NCBI RefSeq assembly: GCF_009914755.1
Contig: NC_060946.1
Reading direction: 5' to 3' (one strand)
DNA from: the human T2T-CHM13v2.0 reference genome, Homo sapiens
DNA length: 64,000 nt
The position numbers and the translations under genes were made by a program. Positions 1 through 15,304 of the stretch are shown one piece after another. The notes below the pieces were generated by a model. The model was not told the DNA's origin, made no database searches, and worked only from the letters and a program-made list of their open reading frames with translations. The first letter of the stretch is position 1; every line of letters starts with the position of its first letter.

Positions 1-488
1 CACAGTGTGGGGAGGGGCTTGCTTTCCACACCCCTCCACACCTCTGGTGGTGGGAAGAGCTCTGTAAGAGCTGCTCAGATCCCTGTCTCAGTAGGTTTTC
101 TGCTGCTTATAACAGAATTCCGGAAACTGGGTAGTTTATAAAGAAAAGGAATTTATTTATTACAGTTATGAAGGCTGAGAAGTGCAAGGCCGAGGGGCAA
201 ATCTGGGGAGGGCCTTCCTGTTGGCCAGGCGAGCCCCTGCAGAGTCCCGAGACAGCACAGGGCAGCACACGGCAAGGGGCCTGAGAGGCCTAGCGAGCTA
301 GCTCAGGTGTCTCTCCCCCTTCTTATTAAGCCACCAGTTCCCCCCTCCCCCATGATAACCCATTAATCCCTTAACCCATGAATCCATTAAGCCATGAATG
401 GATTAGTCCATTTATGAGGGCAGAGCCCACATGATCCAATCACCTCTTTATGGCCCCACCTCTCAATACTCCCCATGTTGGAGATTAA

Positions 489-645
<157 letters not shown>

Positions 646-682
646 AGGACTAAATTTCAACATGAGTTTTGGAGGTGACAAA

Positions 683-1292
683 TGTAGAAAGTAAAAATTC
701 CTCTTCAAAGTTTCCCTTCTTGTTAAATAAATCATAAGTGTTAAAAATAATAGTTTCTTTGAAAAACTAACTTCCTTCAAGCCTCCTTGCTTTGTGCTAA
801 TAACTCTTTGTTAAGCCCTAGCCTATGTAGCTGCTAAACATGCTCACAGTCAACATAGTACATTCTATGTCCTGGAACCTTAACCAAGATATTTGTGCTG
901 TACCTGCTCACAGGCATGCTCCCGCTTGCAGCCTATGCCCCTTCCCTATTTGGCATAAGCAACTTCCTCTTTTCCTTTGTCTTTCCATTACTTTTACCTT
1001 TTTAGAAAAGTTTTAAACTGTTAGCCAATCGGGTTTTAGTTTAGATTGTGAGGTCTGGCTGCAGCCAACAGAGACAGGACACAGTAACAGGGACAAACTG
1101 CGTAAGGGATAAAAATTGCTTCCCTCCTTTGTTCAGGTGTGCTGTCGCCATTGTTCCATCTGCGATGAGCACCCTTTCTGCAGAAAGTAAAAATGGCCTT
1201 GCTGAGATAATTAAATTTATGTTTGAGTGCTGTTTCTTTGCAGCACTGGGGAATGAGCACTCTGTTTCTAGATAAACATTTTACATAGAACA
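683..1292 (+). mobile_element. ERV1 solo LTR, LTR10 (HERV-I) family-like
   Basis: TG...CA termini and a 4-bp target-site duplication CAAA (679-682, 1293-1296). CCAAT at 1025, TATA-like GATAAAAA at 1108, AGTAAA at 1186. Family call is from recognition of the 5' sequence tgtagaaagtaaaa...cctcttcaaagtttcccttcttgtt. Confidence 0.75.
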
Positions 1293-1329
1293 CAAATATT
1301 CAAAGCACAGCACCCCCTCCCACCTGCTT

Positions 1330-1790
1330 ATCACCCGGAGGCCTCCAGTCTATACCCAGAAGAGCACTGATGGGATCCTGTTGTTCCTGCTTGAGACCCG
1401 GCCATGGCTCCTTCCTGCCCTGGGATATGGGCTGTCCTTCATGGCAGCTCCTGCTTTTTCCCAGCTAAACAGAACAAGTGGAGCTCTCTCTCTTCCCACC
1501 AGGCCTTTGCATATGCTGTTCCCTCTGCCTGGAATCCTCTTCCTACTATCTTATCCTAGTTAACCTCTGGTCACTCCTTGGCCTCTCTTAGAGTATCATG
1601 GCCTCCAGGAAGCCTCCTCAGCCTTCTGTGGCTCTCTGTCTCATCATTGACCACACTGTGACTTCATTGCCTGCCTGGCTCTGCCTCTCTGTTGGATAAG
1701 AAGGCCAGGGGACCTTCTTGAGTGTTCCTCCTTGACACATGTCCACAGCATAGGGCTTGGCACCAAGGAGAGGTCAGGATAAGTTCGTCC
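1330..1790 (+). mobile_element. L2 LINE 3' fragment
   Basis: L2-like motifs gcctttgcatatgctgttccctctgcctggaat and gggcttggcac; degenerate. Confidence 0.5.
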
Positions 1791-1837
1791 CTGGGGTGCT
1801 CTCAGCCTCAGTTCGATTCTCTAAAAATGATGAGGTT

Positions 1838-2133
1838 GGCCAAGCACGGTGGCTCAGGCCTGTAATCCCAGCCATTTGGGAGGCCGAGGCGGGTGGATCA
1901 CCTGAGGTCAGGAGTTCGAGATCAGCCTGGCCAATATGGTGAAACCCAAACCCCGTCTTTATTAAAATAGCCAGGCATGCATGGTGGCACACGCCTGTGG
2001 TCCCAGCTACTGGGGAGGCTGAGGCAGGAGAATCACTCAAAGGCAGAGGTTGCAGTGAGCCAAGATTGAGCCACTGCACTGCAGCCTCGGTGACAGAGCA
2101 AGACTTCGTCTCAAAAATAAAATAAAATAAAAA
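1838..2133 (+). mobile_element. Alu (AluS-like)
   Basis: Dimeric Alu with A-rich tail. Confidence 0.9.
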
Positions 2134-3411
2134 AGATGAGGTTGTCCTGGATCCCTTCTCCCAGCCATGACCCTTATGGGGTGCCTCCCACATGCCTGTA
2201 GCAGGGGAGACTGGGGGTGGACTGCCCGCTGACCCTCCCATGCCAGGGCACAAGGACCCAGATGCATCTGGAGCTAAAACACTTCTAGCTCCTGGAATTT
2301 TCAGGGGTGGGAGGCAGGTGTCAGCACAGGAGGGGCTAAGGAAGCACCACCTTCCCACTGATTCCTGGCAGCAACCCGGTGCCAGGAGTGGTAGCAAAGG
2401 TGAGAGTGAGGCCGCCTCCTGGGAGCCCTGACTGTTGAGGAGTGGGACTGGGCCCCTCAGCTCTCTGGCTGGGACGCTGCCATCTCTGGCCCAGAGCTGA
2501 GAGCCACCAGCTGCTGCTCTGTTCAGTCTCCTATAGGAACCCCAACTCCCAGCCTGGGACTCTTCGCCCAAACCTCTCACCGCTCCAGATCCAGGGGCCT
2601 TCCTCCCTAGCCCTGGCCCCACCCCTTCTCCCCTAATCAGGATGAAAATAGCAACCGCCGGCACTTCCCAGTGCCATTTGGTGCCAGGTGCTGCCATCTC
2701 TGGGGGGTGGCGACGAGGTGATGTGGGGAACGGCCTGGAACCCAGAGTTTGCACACCCCGGGGCTTGGAGTGCTTCCTTCCCACCTCTCCTCGGTGGCCC
2801 CGGGCAGGTTCCTGAGCCCTCTGTGCCTTGGCGTCCTGTGTAATAAAATATGCGGTTTTGTGCATGTGGAGTGACAGCCTGGATACTACATGCCAAGGTA
2901 CGAACCTTCCAGGTGCACCTGCTTGGTTCCAGGTCCCGTCTCAGAAGGTGAGGGGGGGCTGGGATATGAACTCGGATTGGCCTGCCCCTGACACACCCCT
3001 GCTTCTCATCGACTTATTTCCATGCCTTTGGCCACAGACAAACATAACAGGATGGCCTTGAGGAGCCAGTGGACAGTGCGGGGGTGTCAGGCTATATGGA
3101 GAGCCCTGCTACCACTTGTCACTGGTTCCTCTCGAGTCCTGTCATCTTGCCCCCGATTTCCCTCAAGGCTCTGAGGCCGGGAGGCACGGGTCTGAGGGCC
3201 CCGCTGGCCCCTGGTGTGAGCAGGCTCCAAGCCTCCTTCCCAGGCCACCCACCAAGCTCAGGGCTCCGCCGTGCCCACTCGGAGCAGCCCTGCCCCGCCA
3301 TCCCTGTGTCCAGTTCTGCTTTGAGCAGAGGAGCAGGGAGCTGGCGGTGGCCTTGCCATCACCAGCTATGTGACCCTTAGGGTCTGGCGGCCACTCTGAG
3401 CCTGTGCCCTC

Positions 3412-3792
3412 GTGTGAGTTTGCCAGGGCTGGTGTAACCAACACCACAGACAGGCGGCTTACACAACAGAACTTCATTTCCTCATGCTTCCAGAGATTGA
3501 AAGTCTGAGATCAATGCGTCTGCAGGGCTGGTTCCTCCTGAGGCCTCACTCCTGGGAGTGCAGATGCCGCCTTCTCTCCGTGTCCTCATGCAATCCCCCC
3601 TGTGTGTGTCCGTGTCCCCATCTCCTCCTTTTATGAGGACACATGTGCTGTTGGGTTAGGGCCCACCCTCAGGGCCTCATTTACCTTCATCGCCTCTTTA
3701 AGAACCCTGTCTCCAAATGCAGTCTCATTGGGAGGTATGGGAGTTAGGACTTCAACAGATGAATTTTTTGGGGGACACAATTCAGCCATAAA
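3412..3792 (-). mobile_element. MLT1 (ERVL-MaLR) LTR
   Basis: Ends gggggacacaattcagccataa, the reverse complement of the MLT1 start. Internal motifs ttagggcccaccct and ccctgtctccaaat. Confidence 0.75.
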
Positions 3793-6604
3793 CGCTGCTC
3801 TGTAAATGGGCTAATAGGATGGCTGTGAAGAGCCACGGAGCAGGGTGGTGGGCACCACGCAATATCAAGTGTCCCCCTTTGTGGGGTGTGTGGTCCGTGC
3901 CTGTCCACCAGGCAGGGGCTCTGTCTGACTCTCTGCACTGCACCAGTTTTGCGCCCCTACCAAGCAGGGACTGGGCACCGAGCAAATGTCTGGAGAGTGG
4001 GCCGGATATGAGGGGCTAGGCATGCTGGGTGCCCTCGTCTGGTTTCCCTTTGGCTTCTGCCTGCTCACTCCTAATCCTGGCCGTTCACAAAATGAACATT
4101 TCTTGGGCGCTTGCTCTGTGTCGCGCTGTCTGCTGCAGCCCCTTTTCTGTTGGGGTACTGCCTGCCTCAGCCCCAGTGGTTCAGATGGCACTGCCAGTCA
4201 CAGCACCCTGGCCTCTGCCCCCGCAGTCCCCTTGGCTCAAGCGTGGCACATGACCAAGCAGGGCGATGAGAATCCTTCCAGGAGACTTGGTGGAGGGGTG
4301 TGGGGCAGGAGGGGGTCTCTCTTTGGGATCGCTGCTGTGAGGATGGAGGCTTTTTCTCCACTGGGAGAAGCAGAGAGGTTCGGAGATGAGAGGTGAGAAG
4401 CAGCAGGTGTCCTGCTGGCAGAGAGACTGCCACTGCTGCATCCGCACAAACAGGTTGCCTTTGGGGCTTGGCTGAGGTGAGTCATTTGTGTACAAAATGA
4501 CCCGGACAATGACACAGCCTGGCCAAGGTCTTGAAATGTGGGGACAGCAGCGAGGGACTCGCACAGGAAAGCTCTGGGCCTTTGCTCCCAGGAGCAGCTC
4601 ACCTGGGCTGTCAGGGAGAGTGGAGAGAGGAGACAGGAAGGAGCACAATCAACAATGAAAACGATTAAAATGTGGTCACAGTGCTGGGGCAGGAGGTGCC
4701 CTAAGGGCCCCCCCCCTCCCCCAGAGCCTTGGCAGGTGGAGTCCGGGTTCATTTCTGACCAGGCTGGCTCAGGGCTTCCTGGAGTGGGCAGCTCTGGAGC
4801 TGGGCCTGGCAGGCTGGGTAGAGTTAGTGTAGGGCAGGTACCCCTGGGAGGATATGGCCAGAGTAGGGAGCGGTAGGCAGGAAAGTAGAGCTTGTGTTTG
4901 GGAAAAACAAATCCTGTTTCCCTGGAGGACAGAGATAAGGCAGGAAAGCCTGGAGGGTTTGGACAGCGGGGAGGGGGAGCCAGAGAGGTCTGGCGGTCAG
5001 GCCTGGTGCTGGATGGGGGCTCTGGGCACAAATGTGAGTCATCTCCGCCATCCTGGAAAGAGACGGTCCTGCAGACAGCGCGCCATCGCACCCCATGCTG
5101 CCTGCGGAGGCACAGGACAGACGCCACTGGGCAGCCCTTGCGGAAGCGCTGGATCCTTTACCCTGAAATCACTGGGTCCCCAGTTCTGCAGACAGGAACC
5201 TGAGCCTTGGAGAAGTACAGCTCACCTGAGTGCCTGCCTCTAACCCAGGTCCATCAGGGCTAGACCTGGAGGGGGATCAAAGAGAGGCCCTGAATCTTGC
5301 CACAGGAAGCTTCAGGTGCACTTGAGCTGGGGCCCTTGAGACAGAAGGAAATGGGGAGGGCGGATCCAGGTCTGGAGTCTTTGGATTGAAAGGTTGGAGA
5401 TGCCTGTGGGACTCCCAAGGTCAGTGAGTTGAGGGCAGGGCACTGGGGCAGGCAAGAGACACAGGAAGGGCGGGGCAGAGCACAGGGGACCCAGTCTGGG
5501 GAGGGGGAGGCAGAGAGGGCTGGGCAAAAACAGCCTCCAGGCCTTGTCTATTTTCTCCACTCCGGTTCTCCTCCACCCTCCCACCCCAACTCCTCGCAAC
5601 CATCCTCCTGGGTAAGACACTAAAGCGTGTTCCCTAAACCTAGGGTTCTGCAGGGTGATCCCCTCTGCCCCTTCACTGAGCAGTCTCCTGTGAGCTAGAC
5701 AGCCTTAAAGCGGGGTGGTGGGTGGTTTTTCTAGAGGGTCCAAAACCCGGGGATAGGTGGGCTTAGAGTGGGTCCCCTCTACGGGTGTCCTGCCCCGCAG
5801 GTAGTGCCTGGGGAGATGCAGGGGTGTGGGTGAGATTCAGAGAAAGGGTGGGCCCAGAGGTCCAGATCCTGGGGACAGACAGCACCCCGGGCACCTTGGG
5901 ATGGGCGCGCCAGGTACTGCGCGAGTCTAGCGGGGTTCGTGCTGCGTCCCGTACAGCGCGGGCTGCAGGTCCAGCCCCGGCGTGGGGCCGCGTCCGGCGC
6001 CCCGCGAGGCGGTCGAGGAAAGGCATTTCCACCCGGGACGCGGGTTTCCACCGGCAGCCCAGTCCCTGACCCATCTCTAGAAAGGCGGGCGGTCCCGCGG
6101 GGCGCGGGCGAGGCCACAGCAGCGAGCGTGCTCGTGCGCGGGTGAGCCCGTGGCGTCCGCCGTGGCAAGCGCGCGGACGGCGTGGCCGTGGCCGGCGGCG
6201 GCCGCGCGTGCGCGTGGGTGCGAGCGGCGGGGGCGCACGTGGCCACCCAAACAAAGGCCGCGCCGCGTGACCGAGCTGGCGTACGCGGACCCGCCAGGGC
6301 AGGCGCGCCCCCGCGGACCCCCGAGCCGGCCGCGGGGCGGGGGCGGGGCCGGGGTGGCGCGCGGGGCGCGGCCCCTTTAAGGTGCGGCGCGGGGCGGGGC
6401 GGCGGCTGCGCAACGGGGCCGGGGGCGCGCAGACTCCGCGCAGCGGGACGCGAGCGCGCGACCTGGCGCCGCCGCCGCCTCCGCGCTCGTGGCCGGGACC
6501 CGCGGGGCCGCCTCCTCCCGGCTCCCCGGCGCCGCTGGGCTCCCGGGCGGGCGGCAGGCGTAGCGCGGCCGGGCGGCCGGCGAGGGGGGCGCCGCGGCGG
6601 GTGG

Positions 6605-6633
6605 ATGAGAGTTGGCCCCGATATCCGCTCAGG
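6605..6633 (+). CDS. GRAMD4: Coding part of distal first exon (MRVGPDIRS-G) of an N-terminally extended GRAMD4 isoform
   Basis: ATG at 6605, 29 nt to the GT donor at 6634 (phase 2). Joining to acceptor 55372 gives GG+G=Gly, then EPERHVRVKQRTSVLN, in frame with the ATG at 55421. Confidence 0.6.
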
Positions 6634-6739
6634 GTAAGCGGCGCGCGCGGACACCCACCTACCCCGACCTGGTTGCCCCGCGACCACTCTCCCTTTTGGG
6701 CTGGCGGCTCGCGACCCAGCGCACTCGGCCGCGCTCTCC

Positions 6740-6765
6740 CCGCCGCCGCCGCCGCCGCCGCCGCC
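6740..6765 (+). repeat. (CCG)8 trinucleotide repeat at the start of intron 1
   Basis: Eight uninterrupted CCG units at 6740-6763. Confidence 0.95.
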
Positions 6766-7704
6766 CGGGCCCGAGCCGGCGACCCTCCGAGCAGGGCCCT
6801 GCGCGGGCGCGCCCCGCACACGCCCCCGGGTCCCGCGCGTCACGGCTGCTCCCCGCGGGCACCTGCGGCCGCAGGTCCGGGTTCTGCCCGCCGGCTGGGG
6901 GAGACGAGGACATCCCGGGGTTGCGGGGCCCGGACTGGGGTGGGGGTCGCCGGACCGGGGGTCACCGACGCTGGGCCACTGGAGGGGGACGGTATCGGCC
7001 CGGGCCCGCCAATGTCGTCCTGCCGATCCACTCCCGGGTGGGACGGGAGAGGAGGAGGGCGCCCCAGCCCCTGCTTCCCTACAGACGACCTCTCCAAAAA
7101 GTTGTGGGCGCTTGTCCCCTCCGTGCACCCCACTTTCTGCCCTGTCTTCTCTCCCTTTGTTCGGGATGTTGAGCTCATGGGGCTCTGCTGGGGCGGGCTG
7201 GCACCTTGGCTGTAGCCCAGGCCCGTGCGCCTGCCAGAACGTGGGGTGCAGTGTGGCAACCCCGGCCCGAGGCCCCACATGTCTAGAGCAGGACCTGCAC
7301 CCCTGCCAGGTCCTGGACAAGGGAGGGAGGAGAGCCAGTTTGTCCTCAGCCGGGTGGGCTGGTGCCCCTGCCCTGTTGGCTGTGTGGCAGAAGGTGCAGC
7401 AGTGCCCCGGGGCCAGGGACCTGAGTGTGACTCCCCCAGAGCCAAGTCCACTTTTTCGGCTATTGTCAACCCTGCATCTCCTGAGGTAGGAAAGATTCGG
7501 TTTGGGGGAGACCTTTTGCAGGATGGGGTTCCCTTCTTGCCTGCCTTGTGTGGGTTAGGAAGAAAATTCAGAGGTGTCTCTCCTACATGCCAAAAAGGAG
7601 GTGCCTGAGTCCCAGCCCAGTGCAGCCCTGCCCTGGTGCTGGGCCTGGGAGGGAGGTCAGGGTCAGGGCTCTGTTGCCTCAGAAGTCGAGGGCAGCACTC
7701 GAGA

Positions 7705-7800
7705 GAGGAGTCTGGGACTTGCCTCCCTCACCCTCCTGCTCTGTGACCTTGGGCAAGGTAGTGAGCCTCCTGGGCCTCAGTTTCCTCACTAGCAAGTGGG
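7705..7800 (+). mobile_element. MIR fragment
   Basis: MIR core ctgtgaccttgggcaag...gggcctcagtttcctca. Confidence 0.7.
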
Positions 7801-10032
7801 CAGGGGCAGGTAAGAGGATCGAATGGGGTGATGTGGGCCTCCTCAGGCTGGGCTCGCCCTGGGTTGGGGTTCAAAATGGGTTTAGGAGGTCAGTCATGGC
7901 CTCTGCCCCGGGCGCTGTGGCTGAGCCTGAAGTCTGAAGTCTGTCTTCCTGACTTTTGTGTCCCAGGCCCATTTGGGGATGCACAGTCTGGCCAGGGTGT
8001 GTGTTCAGTTGCTGCCTCTGCCCCGTGCTGGGGTGAAACCACGTTCCCCTGTTGTTAGCTGGGACTCCCCAGATGAGTGACCTCAGTAACCCTGCCCCTC
8101 CTTCCTGCTGCACACCCTTCCGAAGACCCCTGCCTGGTCCAGGAAAGGGGCCCCGCCTGTCTTGCCTTGCTCCTGCCTTGGCAGCCATGTGGACCCTTCT
8201 GCAGCACTTTGTGGTCCCGGGGCAGACCTCGAAGCCCCACAGTCCTCACCGTGCTGGGCTCACAGGGAGATGCAGCTTGGTCCTGGAGCCTGGGAAATTG
8301 GGCACCTGGGGTCTCAGTGAGCCACCAGCCCTCTGCTCTGCTGCTCTTTCCTCTCAGCTGCCCCTATGGCTGATGCGTGGAGTGCGGCTGTCCCAGCCAT
8401 GCAGCCTGGGGGCAGGCGGGGCCTGTCCGGTGATGTCTGTCTTGCACTCTGGAGAGCACGGGAAAGTCTCCAAGTTGTGGTGTGTTTCCACATAGCCCTG
8501 GGAGGCTGTTTATTCTGGGTCTCCTGCTGAGGGAGGTGGAGGACCCTTCACTGGGAAAGAACCAGGTGGTCTCTCTCCAAACCACCAGCCTTCCAGGCCT
8601 TCCCCTTAGTACCCTCCTCTTATCTGTGGAGCCCGGCGCCGGCGTTAGGTGATCTTTGCTCTCCGCTCTCCCAGGCTTCACCTTCACCAACTGGAAAACG
8701 AGGGAGGAGAATCAGAGCCGGTTTTCCTGAATCACCATTTCTGCTGTAGAATAGAATAGAATAGTGGTTCAGGCTCAATGAAAAGAAAGTGTTATTGGAG
8801 CCTAGTGAGCCTCTGCTGCCAGGGAGGGCTGCCAGCCTGAAGCCTGTTTTCTCTTTGGAAGGAGTATCAGAGCAATGTTAGACATGTTACAGAAACAGCA
8901 GCACCCCACTTGACGGGTCCTGGTGACTTTCCTGTTATGGGAGAACCTGGGGCCCCGATAGTCCCATGATGTGATCTGTGTTAGTGATTGTGCCATCCGT
9001 GTGCCCCCTCCCCTCCCTGGGGGCCACATGAAGCCCCCTTCCATCTCCCCATGTTTCTCTGTTTGGGTATTTCTCTCCGGTAGCCGAATCTACTGGGGTT
9101 TGTTTGGCATTGGGGTTCCAGTCCTGTCATGACAGGGCTCCGGCCAGGGGCTCATTTTAGGAGGCTGCCCCATCTCGGGGAGCTGGGGAGGCGTCCCTGT
9201 ATGTGGGCTTCTGTGTGTCAGGTTTGGGGTCTCCTGCCTAGTGGCCATGGTGGGGACTTGGGTATTTACAGAGCTCCTGTTGGTGTGGGCGTGTGCTGGC
9301 TGGGAGGGAAGACACCAGGGACTGGCTGGGTGGCCTGGTCACCCCCTGCCTGAGTTCCTGCCTCCTCCCCTGCAAGGCGGCCCAAGAGGCTGCTGCCTGG
9401 CCTCTTTAGGGGTAAGGAGACTGTCTCTGCAGAAAGCCCGGGGCAGCAGGGACAGTGTTGGGGTGTGTGGCAGAGCATCCCTGCTCCGACAGAAATTGAC
9501 AGTGAATTGAGGGAGAGAAGCTGTGGCCGGGTTTAGTGAGTAACAGGCAGAAGGCAGAGGGTGCTCGCTGGGAAGCAGCGTCTCTTGCCTGGCTTGGAGA
9601 TGGTCATCTGCTGGGCGCCTCCGAGGCCAAGTGGACCACTCACAGTGCTTTCGAAGGCCTCTGGTTTGGGCATCCCACAGGCTGGCTTGGGGTCTCTTTG
9701 GCACCACGGTGGGTTTAGATCTGCCTTTTCTTTGCCTTTTGGTGGCACAGCAATGGTCCTGAAAAATACTGCTTGTAAAGGAGTAAAAGTTCAAGTCTTC
9801 CACCGTCAGGTGTGGCTGGGGGGTCTGAGAGGAGGCCTGGATCTCCCAAGGGGACAGTTATGTGAACAGAGTGTCACAGGCCTAACCCAGCCCAGCGGGT
9901 GGGGCCCAGGCCAGCCTGTCACCTGCTTGGAGCCCTTGGCTGCTGGGGATATGTAATAGTTTAACTTGAGAACTTAGAGGCAGGTCACTCAGACTCTTAG
10001 AGACAGAGGTGGCGCAAGAAAATGTGGGTTTC

Positions 10033-10468
<436 letters not shown>

Positions 10469-10599
10469 CTACAGGGCTACTGTTCTGATTGTTTGGTGTT
10501 TGAGTTATAACCTAGGGTTGTGATTATGTTTAAGCCCAGTGATTAAAGTCCCCTGTGGTTACACAGGAAAGGCAGGAAGTACCGGCCTATCAAAAACAT

Positions 10600-11250
10600 T
10601 AATAATAGTAATAGAAATCACTCATTCTGCACAGCAGGCCTGCGCTGAGTGTTTCACACGAATTGTCTCAACCAAGTCTGCAGAGCACACAGCTTCACCC
10701 CATTTTACAGATGAGGAAACTGAGGCACCGGGAGGCAGTGCCACTTGCCTAAGTCCCCAGTTCGTTCCCGAGCAGAGCTGGGATTTGCACGTGGGTGGCT
10801 TTGCCCCCAAGGCTATGCTCATAAACATTGCAGCCTTTCTGCCTTCCTGATAACCCTCCTCTAAGGGGGGTTTTGTGAGAGAAATATCAGCAATAAACTC
10901 AAAGTCATGATGAGACTTCTCTTTTTGCTGTCAAATGTGCAGTAAATAGCAAGATTCGGACAGCATGTCCTGCTCAGGGCCAGACAGCCCTCTAAGCATG
11001 AGACATGATTTATTTTCGTACCAACTGGAGGTAGGTGCTCTTGTTAGCTGCATTTCACGCAGGAGGAAGCCCTGGCACAGAGCCACAGGTTGCTGCGTGG
11101 TAGAGGTGGGTTTGGACCAATGGGCTGTGCTTCTAACCTAAGCCCCATATGCACGGGGGTTGGGCGGAGAGCGTGCTTGATCTTGCTGCTGTGTGTTCTT
11201 GGGCAAGACACCTAACCTCTCTGGGCCTCAGTTTGGTCACCTGTAAACGA
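10600..11250. mobile_element. Cluster of MIR fragments in both orientations
   Basis: cccattttacagatgaggaaactgaggca (~10700, minus strand) and cttgggcaag...ctctgggcctcagttt (~11200, plus strand). Confidence 0.65.
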
Positions 11251-12087
11251 AGGCCTTGGCCTAGGGTATAGAAGCCAGAGCTTGAGAGCTGGCTCTGGCC
11301 TGAGATGGCCGCGTCTGCACCACCTCCCACAGGGAGGCCCAGGTGGGTGGAGAGGCCTGGCTGCCACTTCCCTAGAGGAAGCAGGTCTACTGAGGAGCAG
11401 TGCTGGGGCCTTGGCTGGGGCTGGGTGGGGCTGGGTGTGGAGGCCATGGGTGGTCGAGGAGTGAGGGCTTCTGGGATGCACTTTGCAGTGGCCGAGTCAC
11501 TGCCCTCTGTGAAGTGAGGTCCAAGGAGGCAGAGCGTGGGGCTGCTGGGAAACCGTGAAGCTTTGTGCTTGGTGAATTGTTACTTGTCCCTGGGGAACAG
11601 GAGGGACAAGAGACTCTGCTTGGGACTCTGTGCCACCAAACTCCCGAGAAGCTGCAGTGGGAGAAGCTGAATGCTGGGCAGCGGGCGGTTAGGAGGCTCC
11701 AGGAAACGGCTCAGCCTCTCTTGGTGGGTTCCCCTGCCGGCCGTTCCTGGGACCTCTCTGCTCCACGTCCCCCCTCCAGGGAGGCCTCCCATGAGTGCCC
11801 CAGCTGTGCCTCTGCTGTCACTGCTCTCCTCTTCCTGAGGTTCTTGTTTGTCTACTGTTTACCACGCTTCCCTTCTAGAAGGTGGGCTCCTGAAGTTAGG
11901 GGTCTCTGCTCATGTCCAGCGACCTGGAGCGGCACCTCATTATGCCTGGTATCCTGGGACCCTGGCTCGGGTCTGAGCTGGGCTGTGGAGTTGGGTAGGG
12001 CCAGGAGCCAGGCTGGGAGTGAATTTGTTTGTTCCTCACTCTTGGTGTTGACCTTGGCCACCTGGCTGAGGTGTGTTTGTCAGCGTC

Positions 12088-13920
<1,833 letters not shown>

Positions 13921-14321
13921 GTCTGCGTAGTGGGACTGGAGTTGTTAGTGGGACCCCCCGGGAAGCAGTTCCCGATCCCTTGGCTTCCAGCCCGGGCTCC
14001 CGGTATGCTGCCGCAGCATGGCTGGCTGGGGCTGGGGAGGGGCCGCCACCTCCCCAACATGATTCCACGACTTAGAGGGAAGAAGGGAGGGAGGCTGCAG
14101 GAGAACCAGGGACTTCCCTGCTGTGCTTAGTCAGCCCGGCCCCGCAGGGACGGGCACGGGCTTGGCGTTGCTTTGAGACGTGAAAGTGGGGCTGACTTAG
14201 AACGCATCCCAGAGTCCGGCCTCCTCGGGGAAGGAGGAGAAAGGCTGCCGGCGGGACGCTTTAGAGCTCAGACAAATCTCCGACTCCATCCTGGCCAGGT
14301 CTGTCCCCTCTCTGCCTCTGA

Positions 14322-14839
<518 letters not shown>

Positions 14840-15304
14840 CCTGTCTTGTTTTCTTGATGTTGGGTTAACTTCGGCCCTAGACCCAGGAAGCCTCCGGTCA
14901 CAGCACCCCAAGGCCCTTGCCTGGAATACAAGACTTTCACCCTTGTGTTCGCGGTCCCATGAGGGGTGCTGGCCTCTTATCACCTGTCCGGGGCACCTGA
15001 ATGATGCTTCTGCCTTCAGGGCACACATGGTGGAAGGGAGCTTGTGGGAGGTGGAAAGGTAAAGAGAGCCTGGTCTATGGGATGGGGAAGGGCCTGACCC
15101 TGCCAGGGAGGGAGCGACAAGGAGGGCTCCCTGGAGCGATGAGGGAGGGGCACAGGAGTTTATAGGACACAGGAGTGGGGATGGCTTGAGACCGGCCTCT
15201 CAGGTCAGCTTGTTAAAGGTCAGCCTCTGTGCAAGGCTCCTGGAGACCCAACCAGCATGTGCCTGCGGCTCCTCTGGGGCTAGGACTGAGGTTCAGCCAC
15301 GTCT

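Larger units (their letters stand above)
5900..7030 (+). promoter_or_regulatory. GRAMD4: CpG-island promoter of GRAMD4
   Basis: Very high GC and CpG density. NRF1 consensus CGCGCGTGCGCG at 6203-6214, E-box CACGTG at 6236-6241, tandem GC boxes around 6334-6400, TATA-like TTTAAG near 6376, strong donor CAGG|GTAAGC at 6633/6634. Confidence 0.85.

Noticed and set aside
1774-2865. 363-aa minus-strand ORF and many ORFs containing LECSG/PASAS/WDYR motifs
   Set aside because: These are translations of Alu sequence or chance ORFs in GC-rich DNA.
5763-7469. Long Arg/Gly/Pro/Ala-rich ORFs on both strands
   Set aside because: Expected stop-codon depletion in a CpG island. Only the 6605-6633 segment has splice-frame support.
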